The translations under genes and the position numbers were made by a program. Source: Octopus bimaculoides (Eukaryota). From it: DNA of 64,000 bases. The notes beneath the pieces were generated by a model, which saw only the letters and a program-made list of their open reading frames with translations, did not search any database and was not told the DNA's origin. Below, piece by piece: positions 11,221 through 24,893 of this stretch. The DNA lies in NCBI RefSeq assembly GCF_001194135.2, contig NC_068983.1:87527450-87591449 (forward strand), written 5' to 3'. The stretch's first letter is position 1. Each line of letters starts with the position of its first letter.

Positions 11221-12617
11221 CTGCATGCATCCCACATTATTAAGCAAATCAACCTTCTCTCAATAAATAAATATATATTCGTTCAAAACCAGTTGTTTTC
11301 CCACTGTCTGTTGGCAACTTTTATCTGCGCACATTCTGTTAAAATAAATTGGATCTGCACAGATGAAAACAAACAGCAGCCATTGTTGTGTAGCAGCAAC
11401 ATTTCTGCTGTCCCAAATTATTAAGCAGGTGCCCAATTTAAGTCTCATTATGGGTCAGAAACGTGATCTTACCTCAAATGAGAAGTCTACCATAGTGTCA
11501 GAGTTTGGAAAAGGAAAAACAACCATGGAAATATCAAAAATACTGGGAAGAGATCACTGAATAGTGAAGAAATTTGTGCAGTCTCCTATTTCTCTTTGGT
11601 CAAGGGCAGATAAGGGTAAGTCAAGGATTGTTTCGAATCATACTTTGTCACGTGTGAAAAGGGAAGTTGTGCGGAATCCATGTCTGACAAGTAGAGAAGT
11701 CTTCAAATAGAAGACGTATGGAAAATTACCAGGCGTCACCTCTTGAAGCAGGTAGCCAGGAATGTTAAACCTGTTACAAGGTCCCCTCTGAAAGTTGTTC
11801 ATAAGCAGAAGAGACTGAAATGGGCAGAAGAATATATTAAGATAGATTTTTCAACAGTTCTGTTCATTGACGAATGCTATGCTACCCTTGATGGACCAGG
11901 TGGCTGGAGTAAATGTTGGGTACCGATCAGCATGAACCATCCTCATCGTTTGAAATGCCAACAGAGGGGAGGTGGGGTCATGTTATCGGCTGGCATCATT
12001 GGTAGTATGATCGTCAGGCCATGGGAAGTCCCAGGTGCCATTAAGATGACATCGAAAACATATGTTACCTTCTTAAAGGACAATTTCCAACTGTGGTTCA
12101 AAAAGTAAAAACTTTCATTCAAGAGAAAACTGGTCTTCATGCAAGATAAAGCCCCACCTCATGCAGCGAAGAATTCTAAGGAGTGCCTGCAGCAAATAGG
12201 CTTCTCTTGCAGGTTGATTGACAGAGTGGCTACCTTGTTCCCCAGACTTAAACCTGATCGAGAACATGTGGAATATCCTAAAGAGGCGCATTTACCAAGA
12301 TGGACAGCAGTTTTCAAGTAAAGTTGTCCTCGGAGATGCTGCTCAAAGCATGACACAAGAGGATATCATCACCTTGACAAATTCAATGAATCAGCACTTA
12401 AGAAAGGTTGTTGCATGTGGAGGATCATACATCAAACATTAGGAGCTGTATGACATCATAATCCCATGATTATTTTCATTTGAACATATTATTATGTTTA
12501 CCATTAAGTCCTTTATGAATAATTTTGTTTGTTAAACCATCATTGTTGAATTAAATAAATGTTTGCTTTGACTTGATCATCATTTTTATTATACTTGCCT
12601 AATAGTTCATGACAGTG
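11221..12617 (+). mobile_element. Defective Tc1-like (DD34E) transposon
   Basis: Transposase from ATG 11449 (MGQKRDLTSNEK...GRDH), with VLFIDEC, QDKAPPH and WLPCSPDLNLIENMW motifs, stops and frameshifts. Degenerate TIR-like ends ATTATTAAGCAA and TTGCCTAATAGTTCATGACAGTG; boundaries approximate. Confidence 0.88.
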
Positions 12618-12639
12618 AAAATGTTGCCCAATCACAAAA

Positions 12640-13021
12640 ATGAGCGCCAAATGTTGACATCTGCATGGCACCTGTGCCCTGTGTCGCCTTCCTGGCACTT
12701 GTGCCAGTGGCACATGTAAAGACATTTGAGCGAGGTCGTTGCCAGTGCCGCTGGACTGGCTCCTGTGCAGGTGGCACGTAAAATACACCGTTTTGAGCGT
12801 GGCCGTTGCCAGTACCGCCTGACTGGCATTCGTGCTGGTGGCACATAAAAGCACCCACTACACTCTCGGAGTGGTTGGCATTAGGAAGGGCATCCAGCTG
12901 TAGAAACTCTGTCAGATCAGATTGGAGCCTGGTGCAGCTATCTGGCTCACCAGTCCTCAGTCAAATCGTCCAACCCATGCTAGCATGGAAAGCGGATGTT
13001 AAACGATGATGATGATGACGA
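12640..13021 (+). mobile_element. SINE-like repeat with internal TGGCAC minisatellite and RTE-type tail
   Basis: Tandem GGCACxTGTGCC/GGCACGTAAAA units followed by GGCATTAGGAAGGGCATCCAGCTGTAGAAAC...CATGCTAGCATGGAAAGCGG..(GAT)n. The same tail occurs at 29519-29666. Confidence 0.65.
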
Positions 13022-14341
13022 TGAGAATGTGCATAGATAGGTGTTGCCAACAGTCAGTGGACTGATCTCAAGGGCCTTGATTTTTAACATTTATACAAGT
13101 CTCAGACAATTATATCATCTACATACAATCTTGGAGTATTGGAATATGCAGATGAGCTTCAAAAGGGGACAACTTGGATTATAACCCTATCTACATGAAT
13201 GTATATATTCATATCTATATACACATGTGTGTGTGTGTGTGTGTATATATACACACACACACACTCACACTTTATTTGTATATTTACATACATAGCTTAT
13301 ATGAACAAAATAAAGCAGCAATTCAGTTCAATTGAACTGAGATTTTCAAAAGAAATGTCAAGTAAATTACAAAACTAACCAGTTAAAATTGTGTACATAA
13401 TGAGAAAGACAGTAAACATGTAGGTTTTGCCTATATTTGTTTGGCAGATTGGCATTATATTTCATCACATACTATGTAATGGAAGAAGGAGAAAAGGAAG
13501 GTGATGATCACCCAGTTGTAAAATACTGCCTCAATAGGTCTTCATTCAACCTATGACAGTGTAGAGAAGTGGATGTAAAAATTAAATGAATAAATATGTG
13601 CATGTATGTATGTACATATACATATAAATACACACACACACACACACAAACGTGTATGTGCAATCTTGCATATTTATCACTTTACATGGTAAACACTGTT
13701 GGTAAAAATCCAATCATACTTGTGTGCGGTAAGTATGTTTCTCATTCCAAAAATATCCATCTCCTGTTCTTTCCGAAAAGTGCATTTGTTACTATTTCTA
13801 GTAAAATCAATGTTCTCATCAGGTTTTCATTTGACATCACTCAGAAATATGCCAATACTCTTTATGTGTTTTCTTTTTTCTAAACCGCATCAACTCTTTT
13901 AAGAAAATGCATAGATTTGCAGCATAATCAGTATATATTTTACAGTATTCATTTATTCATTTGTTACCTTTTGTGGACAATGGAATCATTGATAAAATGT
14001 TTGTTGTTAGATAATCACTGTTTCATAGCATGTCACAGATCGAAAGTGACAATCTAGTCTCTAAGTGTATTTCAAGGGACTTCATTCTTAAAGTAACAGA
14101 CTTTTGTTTTTTTTTATTGATTTATATCTTTTGCTGGTGAGGCTGTGTAGTAAGAAGCTTACTTCCCAACCACATGGTTCTGGGTTCAGTCCCACTGCAT
14201 GGCACCTTGGCAAGTGTCTTCTACTATAGCCTTGGGTAGAACAAAGCCTTGTGAGTGGATTTGGTAGACAGAAACTGAAAGAAGCTCATCATATACATAC
14301 ATACATATATATATGTATATATGTATATATGTATGTATTAT

Positions 14342-14373
<32 letters not shown>

Positions 14374-14656
14374 AGGTGTGCGTTTGTGTGTGTATCTTTG
14401 TGTTTGTCCCCCCATCACCACTTGTCAACCCGTGTTGGTGTGTTTACATCCCCATGACCTAGCAGTTCGGCAAAGAGAACAATACAATAAGTACTAGGCT
14501 TAAAACAATCAGTCCTGAGATCAATCTGTTCAATCAAAACTCTTCAAGGTGGTGCTTCAGCATTGCCACAGTCAACTGACTGAAACAAATAAAAGAAAAA
14601 GAATAAAAGAATAAATATATTGATGAAAGAGCTATCCATTGTTATTATCATCACAT

Positions 14657-14873
14657 AAAGGCGACAGGCTGGCAGAACTGTTATCACACTGAACAAAATG
14701 CTTCATGACATTTTGTTTGTCTTTACATTCTGAGTTCAAATTCCACCGAGGTCAACTTTGCCTTTCATCCTTTCGGGGTGGATAAATTAAAGTATCAGCT
14801 GAATACTGGGGTTGATATAATCAGCTTACTCCTCCCCTTAAACTGCTGGCCCTGTGCCAAAATTTGAAACCAA
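14657..14873 (+). mobile_element. tRNA-derived octopus SINE with 15-bp TSD
   Basis: Head GGCGACAGGCTGGCAGAA..GAGTTCAAATTCC..GAGGTCAACTTTGCCTTTCATCC. TTATTATCATCACAT is duplicated at 14642-14656 and 14874-14888. Confidence 0.8.
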
Positions 14874-15500
14874 TTATTATCATCACATCTGCTTCATGAA
14901 CCACTATTTTAGACAGATACGCTTGTTATGTCAACTCTAACTTTCAAGTAATGCACTTTATTTCTCTGATCTTTTTGCATTGAACTGCAAAGTAACTATT
15001 AATAGAATATGCTACATACATACATATGCTACAATGTGCATTTTCACAGTTTCCATCTACCAGAATCCACTCCAAAGGTCAACTCAAGGCCATGAAGGAA
15101 GAAATTTACTCAAGTAATGTGCATAGGGATCAAACCTAAACCATATGGCTGTAAAACGAATTTCTCTACCACAGGGCCATACCTCAACAACTTTTTTAGT
15201 TATGTCCCTTTAGGCTCCAAGTTCAAATCTGCCAAGTTAGAGATAGTGAAGACAGTGATAAAATGTACCATTAACACATAGTGCCAAAAAATATAACACA
15301 AAGATAAGGTAAAAGAAAAACAAATTGAATTACACTCATAAAATACAAGAACTTAGTAGGAAAAGTATCATGTTTCAAACAGATGGACTTCTTCTGAAAG
15401 AATAGTCAAAGAAAGAAAAAAATGCAGAAGTAGAAGGACACAAGTGACTCCATCAAACAGTACACTTGGAGCAGTTTGGTTGTCTCTGATATTATATGTA

Positions 15501-15556
<56 letters not shown>

Positions 15557-15644
15557 TAATTTTCTAATTTATATATATATATATATAGGGATTTACTTTT
15601 TGTAATGAGATAAAAAAACCAAGGCTGTGTATATTTTATATACA

Positions 15645-15891
15645 CTGACCAGCCAGAGAAGTAGCAGTTTTTTTGATCATTTTGGCAATTTCATGGCAAT
15701 ATGTTTCTGCAGTAATGGTTTTTCTGGGTTTTAAGAAGTTATAGTGGATGAGTCCAGCAGTACACCACCAAACAGTCACCATAACTTTTTTTTTGAAGAG
15801 CTCAGGTTTAGGGAAGGTTTTTGGTACTTCACTGTGAAGAACATTTTTTATTATCATACAGAATCCACTTTTCATCGCAAATTACAATACG
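15645..15891 (-). mobile_element. Mariner transposase internal fragment (same family as 16792-17883)
   Basis: Encodes KKKVMVTVWWCTAGLIHYNFLKP.KTITAETYCHEIAKM, nearly identical to the peptide from 17000-17260. Confidence 0.85.
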
Positions 15892-16791
15892 AACCCATAC
15901 ACATACATGAAACCTCTTGGACAGCCACATGATGTCAACAACAACTACCATGATGGCAACACTATGGGCAAATACACATACACAGAGGAATATAGAAACT
16001 TTATTAATAAAGCATATTACTATACCTCCAGTATTCGAATATTATTTTTTCCACCTTTTTTCACATTTATGTGCTGGTATGTATGCATGTGTGTGTGTGT
16101 GTGTATGCCTATATCTGTGTATATGTATTATATATATGTATTATATTTATGTATAAATATGTATGTATTTATATGTATGCATTTATGTACTTGTTTGTAT
16201 AAGTAGAATCCTGGTTCCAATAAAAATATTTGTTTTTTTTCTCACTTTCCTTCCGTTATGTAGTACGTGATGAAATATGATACCCATCTGCCAAACAAAT
16301 ATAGGCAAAACCTACATGTTTACTGTCTTTCTGTTTATGTACACAACTTTAACTGGTTAGTTGCGTAAACCAGAACCATGTAGTTGGGAAGCAAACTTCT
16401 ATCACACCGCTATGCCTGCCCTGAAACTGTCAGATTAAATGATTTAGCCATTCCTTCATATTGCTTCTGTTGCTATTCATTGTCATTAACATTCCCCTAT
16501 TCTAATGACCAACATCCTCCAATTTTTCAAGTAAGGTAATTTTTTTTATGTCACAAGTGGATACTTACAGGATATATCATTTACAAATAAGCAACAGAGT
16601 AACTCAAGGTCTGAGAGTTTTGTGCATTGGCACTTATCAAACTAATCTCTACATATACTCATATTTTGAGTTTTATTTATCCTGTATGCACCAACATACA
16701 TATGTGTGTGCGTGTGTATTGGGTCATCTCATAAATAATGTGGTTTTTTCAACTGCATGAACTAAAAGTTGGAGGGGGACAGGATAAACTA

Positions 16792-17883
16792 ACAGGATGA
16801 GTAAAACGTAAGCAACATTTTGTAACGCCTTCTTTTGCAGGAAACTATCAAGGTACTTGAAAAAGTGGTAGTCGGTAGGAGAAAGGTCTGGGGAATAAGC
16901 TAGGTAGGGAAGAACTCCGTTGGCGAGTTCCCTCAACTTCTGGAGCATCATTAGTGAAACATATGGTTGAGCATTGTCATGGAGAATGACTGGCCTTCTT
17001 CTGTTGACCAGGTGGAAAAGTAGCAGTTTTTTTAATCATTTTGGCAATTTCATGGCAATATGTTTCTGCAGTAATGGTTTTTCCAGGTTTTAAGAAGTTA
17101 TAGTGGATGAGTGCAGCAGTACACCACCAAACAGTCACCATAACCTTCTTTTTGAAGAGCTCGGGTTTAGAGAAGGTTTTTGGTGCTTCACTTTGGTCCA
17201 ACCACTGCAAAGAACATTTTTTATTATAGCACAGAATCCACTTTCCATTGCAAGTTACAATATGGTCGAGAAATGGATCGGTCTGGTTACGGAGAAGAAG
17301 TGACGAGCAAATTTCATATCTGTGCATTCCCTGATTTTCATTCAAATCATGTGGTACCCATTTGTCAAGCTTTTTTGATTTTCCGATCACATGCAAATGG
17401 TTGCAGGCAGTCTTTTGGCTAACGTGAAATTCTTTTGCCAGTTCTCAAGTGGTTGTACATGGATCTTTCTCAATGACAGTCTCTAATTGATTGTCATTGA
17501 TGACAAAAGGGCGTCCACTATGCTCATGATCTTCAAGGCTCAGGTCTCCACTGTGAAATCATTTAAACCATTTTTGAACTGACCACTCACTGTCATTTCC
17601 TCACCAAACGTTTCATTGATATCATGAGCAGTTTCAGCTGTTTTATGTCCTTTTTCAAGTTGAAGCAAAATTGCTTAAATATTGCACTTTGGCAGTTCCA
17701 TTCCAGATGATTGCAACAATAGTGAAAAGAATAACAATGTTAATTTATTGGTGCATTTGGGCAAGTCTATGTCTGTATTATCAGACAATTTCAAAAAAAT
17801 GTTTAAAAAATTTCAAAACTCTACAAAAATCCAGTACAAATTCTTCATGGTTCAAAACGTTGTTTACTTTCTACTTAACCTGA
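16792..17883 (-). mobile_element. Defective mariner transposon nested in the 5-prime UTR of the outer mariner
   Basis: Degenerate TIRs TA|ACAGGATGAGTAAAACGTAAGCAACATTTTG and CAAAACGTTGTTTACTTTCTACTTAACCTGA|TA with TA TSD. Transposase motifs KWVPHDL and YLAYSPDLSPTDYHFF. Confidence 0.85.
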
Positions 17884-18170
17884 TACCTGCATCAACTTGC
17901 TATAAAAGCAGGTAGTAATTTTACCTTGTCCTTATTCTTAGTGCAAGTTTTGAAGAGTACAATGCGATTTTAACAGTTATTTTTTCAAAGCTATAATGGA
18001 AATGACAAAGGATCATATTCAGCATATTTTGCTTCATGTGTTCAATAAAGAAAACAACGTAACAGAAAGTGCGAGGAATATTAATGCAGTATATGGGGAT
18101 CGGGCAATAAGCGTAAGCCAGTGTCAATGGAGGTTCCAGAAATTCCGAGCCAGGAACTACAGCCTAGAAG

Positions 18171-18404
18171 GCGGCGAGCTGGCAGAAACGTTAGCACTCC
18201 GGACGAAATACTTAATGGTATTTTGTCTGCCGTTACGTTCTGAGTTCAAATTCTGCCGAGGTCGACTTTGCCTTTCATCCTTTCAGGGTCAATAAAATTA
18301 AGGACCAGTTACGCACTGGGGTCAATGTAATCGACTTAATCCCTTTGTCTGTCCTTGTTTGTCCCCTCTATGTTTAGCCCCTTGTGGGCAATAAAGAAAT
18401 AAGA
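18171..18404 (+). mobile_element. tRNA-derived octopus SINE inserted in the outer mariner ORF
   Basis: 16-bp TSD AACTACAGCCTAGAAG at 18155-18170 and 18405-18420, a GGCGGCGAGCTGGCAGAAACGTTAGC head and an A-rich tail. Confidence 0.9.
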
Positions 18405-19335
18405 AACTACAGCCTAGAAGATGAGCCTTGTCCTGGAAGATATGTAGAGCTCGACAAGGACATCCTACAAACTCTGGTGGAACAAAATTCCATCGTAACT
18501 GTTGAGGAACTAGCAGAGAAGCTTGGATTTGGTCATTCAACCATTCATCAACACCTGCATGCCATCAGAAAAGTCAGCAAATTGGGTCAATGAGTTCCTC
18601 ACAAACTGTCTGAGTCTAATCATGTGCAGAGAGTGAATGAGTGCTCTTCTTTGTGGTCATGTCTCATGAATGAACCTTTTTTTTGGACTGAATAGTGACT
18701 GGTGACAAGAAATGGGTTCTCTATAAAAATGTCAAGCACCAAAGACAGTGGGTAGGGAAATGAGAAATACCGACACCCAGGTTAAAGAAGATCTTCACTC
18801 ACGTAAGGTGTTGTTATCTGTTTGGTAGGATATGAAAGGTCTAGTCCACTTTGAACTTTTAAACCCAAACCAAATGATAAGCTTGAATGGCTTAAGTCAG
18901 CACTAGAAGAAAAATGACCATCTTTGGTTTCAAGACGAAAGGTGTTCTTCCATCAAGATAATGCTTGGCCACATACAGTGAGGATGACATTTCAAAGGCT
19001 GGAGCAGTTTGAATGGGAAAAGACTACCCTACCCACCATATTTGCTGAACATTGCCCCATCTGATTATCATATATTCTGCAGTCTTCAAAATCATTTGGA
19101 TGGATAAATATGAATACTGTACACGATGTCAGAAAAGTACTAGAAAAGTATTTTTCGTCACAGACATGTGAATTTTGGAAGAGGGGCTTTGCAAGTCTAC
19201 CTGATAGATGGAAGAGCATTGTAGAAAATGAAGGAGAGTATATTTTACATTTAAAAAGAACTTTGTTTATCTTAATTTTGAAAAATAAAAGCAGTATAAA
19301 GAAACTGCATTATTCATGGGATGACCCAATATATA

Positions 19336-19612
19336 TCTCAATATATAAAATCTGTTCTGTCTGTCTGTTTGTGCACTTATAACTCAAGTATTGTTCATTC
19401 GATCGTGCTGAAATTTTAAACATGGATACATGAGAGAGCGGGGCATTCCGTAATCTAAAAAGATTTTCAAAATTGTTAGTTTCGAAGTGAGAATTGCTAT
19501 TTTTGTAATCTTTATGTTCTGTTTGTTCCTCCATTAAAACAACTAGTTACTCAGACAGTCGGCACATACCATTTCGCTAGCAACAAGGGGAGTACAGGAT
19601 GACAGCCAGCTA
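19336..19612 (+). mobile_element. Possible non-autonomous Helitron-like element
   Basis: Begins A|TCTCAATATATAAAA followed by (CTGT)n, like invertebrate Helitron MITE 5-prime ends. The 3-prime hairpin/CTAG end is degenerate. Confidence 0.4.
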
Positions 19613-19689
19613 AAATCGTTGCTATGCTGTCTCTCTTCTTTCCTCTCTCTGTGGGGTTAATAATCTTAATCTTTAGTTACAGTTTCTCA

Positions 19690-20128
19690 TTCAAACTACA
19701 TAATAGGTAGAATTGCTGGATTAAGACAGTAGGGTGTTTTGAGGGAGACTTGCCCCAACAGGTCTTCACAAGCAGAGTTTAGTGCCCAATGAAGGAGAGG
19801 TTGGCATGGGTGCCAGTTGTCAAATTTGGTTAGATTTCTGTTTCAAATTCACTTGCCTCAAGCAGAGTTTAGTGTCCAATGAAGTAAAGATACGAATAAG
19901 TGAGCTGGCTACACTTCTGGCAGAGGCCACAGATTATGCTCTTACTTGGCGGGTCTTCTCATGCACAGCATATTTCCAAAGGTCACGGTCAATAGTCATT
20001 GCCTCGCTGAGGCCTAAAGTTCGAAGGTCGTGCTTCACCACCTCATCCCAGGTCTTCCTGGGTCTACTTCTTCCACAGGTTCCCTCAACCGCTAAGGTGT
20101 GGCACTTTTTCACACAGCTCTTTGTCAC
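19690..20128 (-). mobile_element. RTE-type LINE 3-prime fragment
   Basis: Encodes AVEGTCGRSRPRKTWDEVVKHDLRTLGLSEAMTIDRDLWKYAVHEK; same family as 6665-7082. Confidence 0.75.
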
Positions 20129-20748
20129 CAGCAGAGGTAAGAGCTCTCTGAACTTTGCTCAGGCTATTCTTATTCTAGCAGCTACACTTTCAGTGCACCC
20201 TCTCCCGCTACTAACTACTATAGTTTACCAATAAATAGGAAAGTATAAATATATTGTAAACATGATAGAAAGTACAAATGGTAGAAGGAGGTCTATAAAC
20301 CTATACAGCTCCATTGACTAGAGATAATGATAAATGACCAGCTTGAAAAAGCTGATTTGAATCACTAAAAAGGGTGAATAGTAACTTGACCTAGTTCTTC
20401 TGAACTATGCCTATCCCTTATCCAGTGAGGTCAAAAATCAGCCTCTAGCTATTTTTGAACAGAATCCAAGACACATAGGCAACAATTAAATTGAAATGAA
20501 CTCTCCATCTGTTAGGATATATGAAAAAATAATGGGCAATTTTTACCTTGATAAACTTTTGCCCTGACGAAGGGTTTTTGTATTTTCAAATTCATAATGC
20601 AATTAAATTGCATAAACATGGATTTAAGTAATTACAACCAAAACATACGTAGGCAACATGAATTGACTATTATTATAATAAATACATTGATTATTCTGAG
20701 TACACTTTCTCCAATTTCTTTGCATTGTTAAATTCTTCCTCTATATCA

Positions 20749-21056
20749 AAAAGATGAAAACATTTATAGTGACAACTGGGACTTCAAGATTGTAAGGTAC
20801 TAATCATCGGAGGAAAACATATATATATATAACGAGTGTTAAATAAATCTATGTTTTCCTCCGATGATTAGTACCTTACAATCTTGAAGTCCCAGTTGTC
20901 ACTATAAATGTTTTCAACTGGGACTTCAAGATTGTAAGGTACTAATCATCGGAGGAAAACATAGACTTATTTAACACTCGTTCTATGTTTTCCTCTGATG
21001 ATTAGTACCTTACAATCTTGAAGTCCCAGTTGTCACTATAAATGTTTTCATCTTTT
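20749..21056. repeat. Four alternating inverted copies of a 65-85 bp unit (F-R-F-R)
   Basis: The unit GAAAACATTTATAGTGACAACTGGGACTTCAAGATTGTAAGGTACTAATCATCGGAGGAAAACATA occurs forward at about 20749-20821, reverse at 20831-20915, forward (partial) at 20916-20982 and reverse at 20983-21056. The copies are near-identical. Confidence 0.95.
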
Positions 21057-21354
21057 ATATATATATATATAAATTTAAATGAGAGCTCAAAACTGATCCA
21101 TTGAAAGTACTTTATTATAATAATAATGAAAATGACCTATGATCATTTTGATGCAATATCCAGATTGATTCATGCATATTATAAAATATGGGATACTGCA
21201 TCTCCTCAGGGCCTTATTATTATTAGTAGTAGGCAGACAATAAAAATAGATAACATTCATATACAATTTTCATAGTTGACCTATGAAAACATGCAAAAAA
21301 AACAGTTGAAAAGACATGAGATGATATACAACCGTACATCATAATGGTGTTGAA

Positions 21355-21396
<42 letters not shown>

Positions 21397-21790
21397 TACA
21401 TATATATACACACACATATATATACATACATACTGTTGATATTATGCAAAAGTGCTGTAAGTCCAAAACGTTGCTTTTTCAGAAAATGAAAAAATAGTCT
21501 CACCATTCCATAGCAAGACCGTTGTACTACACCTTGACAATTTTTGATATTTTGGCATCTGAAACAACTGGATATATGATAGTTCAACCAAAAGAACTGG
21601 CTATTGCAAGCAAAAATAAATATTGAAAAAAACGCATTTGGCCAAATTTGGACATACAACAGTTTAACATAATAGCAATGATATATATATATATATATAT
21701 ATACATAGCTCAATTTAATTTTAATTTTTTATAAATTGATTTTAATTGAGTTTTTACCTGTAATTTTGGATTTTGTCCCTAATGTTATTA

Positions 21791-21867
<77 letters not shown>

Positions 21868-23143
21868 GCATTTACATTCTTAACTGTATAAACAATGAAT
21901 TTCCTGAATTAGAGAGTGGATTGTACTGGCTGATATGCTTTTCACTATCCATAGGTCTAGCAATGTTAATCTTGAAAGGTCCTGGAAAAATTTAAAAAAT
22001 TTTTTGAAGTCAATCACCATGAAAAATGAATTTAGTAAGGTTAACTTCCTTTTATGTTGCTCTAAGTTTAAGTTCAGAAGTATACCAGCCATATCATGAA
22101 CTGAATGAATACTTAAGGCATGTAAACAGAATTTCTAATCATCCTAGAAACATTAACTCTGTCAACATGTACCTTGAGGCTTTCTGCTAATGGAAATGTA
22201 TTTAGACAAAACGTTATCTGAAACTGAGTATAAGGAAATTAAATATGATAAGCCTTGATAGGTTTACCTATCATACATCAAGCAATCTTATTTAAGTAAA
22301 GTAAACAATAACAAGAATAATAACGCTAATATGATAGGTAAGCAAATGAGTCTTAAAGATAAACATACTGATACAATACCTTTGATTAATATTGAGGTAA
22401 CTCTGAAGATAGTAAAGGTATGGTTGGTATAAACATTACTAACAATAATAATAAGTATATAGATATGAATAACTTAAATTATAGGAATTATGGCTAGAGA
22501 ACATCTAAATTTCGCAATAAAATTAAGGATTTAGGACATGATTGGTAATTTCACAAATGTTAATACTCATTTCAAATTTATGGTAATTAAATTATTTAAT
22601 CATCATAAAGTAAAATTTTCCTAGTCAACCATCAGAAAATTGGCAGAAATTATCACAGCACATGACAAAAGCAAAATTAGAGAGTATTAGCAGAAAGACT
22701 GCCCTCCGGGCAGTTTTCTCCTAGCCACATGGTATTTCCACATTTGATTCCCAATTCTAAAAATTTTTATATTTTAAGTCTAATTACTTTTTCATAGTAA
22801 ATATTGCTTTCATTATTTTATCACAGCCATAATCTCTCTTTTTTAAACAAGCATCAAGATAGGCCAACTATGTTTAATGTGCCAAAAAATAGCAGCAATC
22901 ACATAGAGATATTTTAATAACTACAGCATATCAAATAGCCATAGCAACAAATTCACTTGCTAATTCTCAGATAGCAATGGAAAGGAAATAAGTCACATGA
23001 GTTTGAAGCTTCAGTAAGTTTTAATAAGTTGTCAAATATAACTTATTTTCAATAGGTATAAACAATAAACAGAGGGCATTTAAGTCAACGAAATACCTGA
23101 TTTCCTCATCTATAACTATAGTATAGCTGAGTTTGTGATATGA

Positions 23144-23400
23144 GTGAATAAATGCCTTTGTAATTTCAGAAACAAACTTATGTATCCTTTAGAAAATCAG
23201 TGTTTAAGAACAAATCTAGTATATCAATGTATGGTAATTGCATGGGATTGTATGTGTTATTACATCAGTTCTTCTGTTACAATTTGGAAATCTAGATTAC
23301 ATAATTATTCTTCTTCATTCAAGTTTAAGAGAAAATGTAATTCTACAAATCTTAGTAAATGAATTTGAGATTTGAAGGACAGGAACATTAACTACGATGT
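23144..23400 (+). mobile_element. Decayed Penelope-like element GIY-YIG endonuclease remnant
   Basis: Peptide PLENQCLRTNLVYQCMV...YISS...WKSRLHNYSSSFK...NSTNLSK matches the PLE pattern CPL..CL..VVY...YIG...K.R..NH..SF....ST.LSK. Confidence 0.65.
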
Positions 23401-24533
23401 GAGGTGGCCCCTTATAATAACACTTCCCTGTATAATACAGGTAATTTTAAATGTGATCTTCACTTTGAGGAAATGTATTATATAATTACTTAAAAATTAA
23501 AATTATTAAATTCTACAACCAATCTTACATTGAAATGTCATAAATGTAGAAAAACATTTAAATATTTCAATAATAAATAATAACTCCTTCATTATAACTG
23601 CTTTTCTTATTATTTAATAAGCATAATTTTTAAAATTTAAAAAGAAAAATTTATTTCTAGCATACATTAAAAGCCAAATAACTAACAGTACTGATGTAAC
23701 ATTTCTATGTTTATTTTTCATTCTTTCATTGATGTCATTGTCAGTTTGAATACTAAACTGAATTTTCTTAACCTATAATTTTTCTTCTTAATGCTTTTTT
23801 TGTCTGTGTTTATGTATTCTAACTATTATATCAGCTTGCTTTGAATTCAAGCTGTTATGGGTTACTTTGATAAAATTGTATTCACATGAAGTTCAGATAT
23901 ATTGAATTTTACAATCAATACAATATGGATTGGTTTCTATTTTGTACTTTTTTCTATATCTAAAAATGCTTTCACAATAGAAATGATTGTTGATCTGATA
24001 TGATGTAATCCTCAAAGAAAGATGTGATATTCTCCATTTTTGTATATATATATACACCGTACACACACACATGATCGCTTCCATATATTTTTTTCTTAAC
24101 CAATTTCACTCACAAAATAATGATCAACCTGAAGCTACTGTAGAAGTTATTTGCCCAATTTGCCATCCCTAAGTTGTATCAATTTTAGTTTGAGTTACTG
24201 TTCCCCTACATATGTTGCTTGCATTGTCACTTATGAGCTCACATCTCTTCTATGCCATTCCTTCCTTTATTTTTTGTCATGGATTTTATAGCTGAATGCT
24301 CTTTCTCTTCCCCAATCACTTTACAGAGTTAAGTTCACCTTTGTTGCAACTCTCAGAGTGTTACTACCTTTTTGATTGCCAGCATGGACTATGTATGCTA
24401 AATGATGATGATGGCAATAATAAGAGAATTGGCTCAGTTGTCAAGGTTGGGTGATGGCGGTAGTGGGGTTGAAAATACTGGCCAGAAAGTGGTCACATGT
24501 ATTTTAGCCACATAACCATATAAGCATTTAAAA

Positions 24534-24893
24534 CAGGAGTTCTCAAATATTTTTTTGCTTATGGACCCCTTTGATTACCATTTTACTTAGGCAGATCCCC
24601 ATAGCCATTTGATGTTTAAAAATTCCTATTTTGCTTTTCACACATTCACTTGTATAGGTTTGCAATAGAACTCTCTGTGAGAACATATTTCAGTGGCCAA
24701 AAACACGTTGAAGTATGCAAAACATGAGAGAAAGAAACTTGTTTCTTGCAATAAATACACCGAAAACAAAATTTTTTCATGGACACATAAAATAATACTG
24801 TAGATGTTCAATTTACTATTTTGCTTGCTTGGACCCCAAAAAATCTTATATGGGACCATCATGTTTCATATGGACCCTGGTTGAGAACCACTG
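24534..24893. mobile_element. hAT-type (Charlie-like) MITE
   Basis: TIRs CAGGAGTTCTCAA and TTGAGAACCACTG, imperfect 8-bp TSD ATTTAAAA/GTTTAAAG, 360 bp with no ORF. Confidence 0.7.

Larger units (their letters stand above)
16719..19329 (+). mobile_element. Defective mariner transposon (outer element of a nested cluster)
   Basis: TIRs TA|TTGGGTCATCTCATAAATAATG and CATTATTCATGGGATGACCCAA|TA. Transposase pieces run from MEMTKDHIQHILL through HQDNA to LPDRWKSIVENEGEY. It is interrupted by two insertions. Confidence 0.88.
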
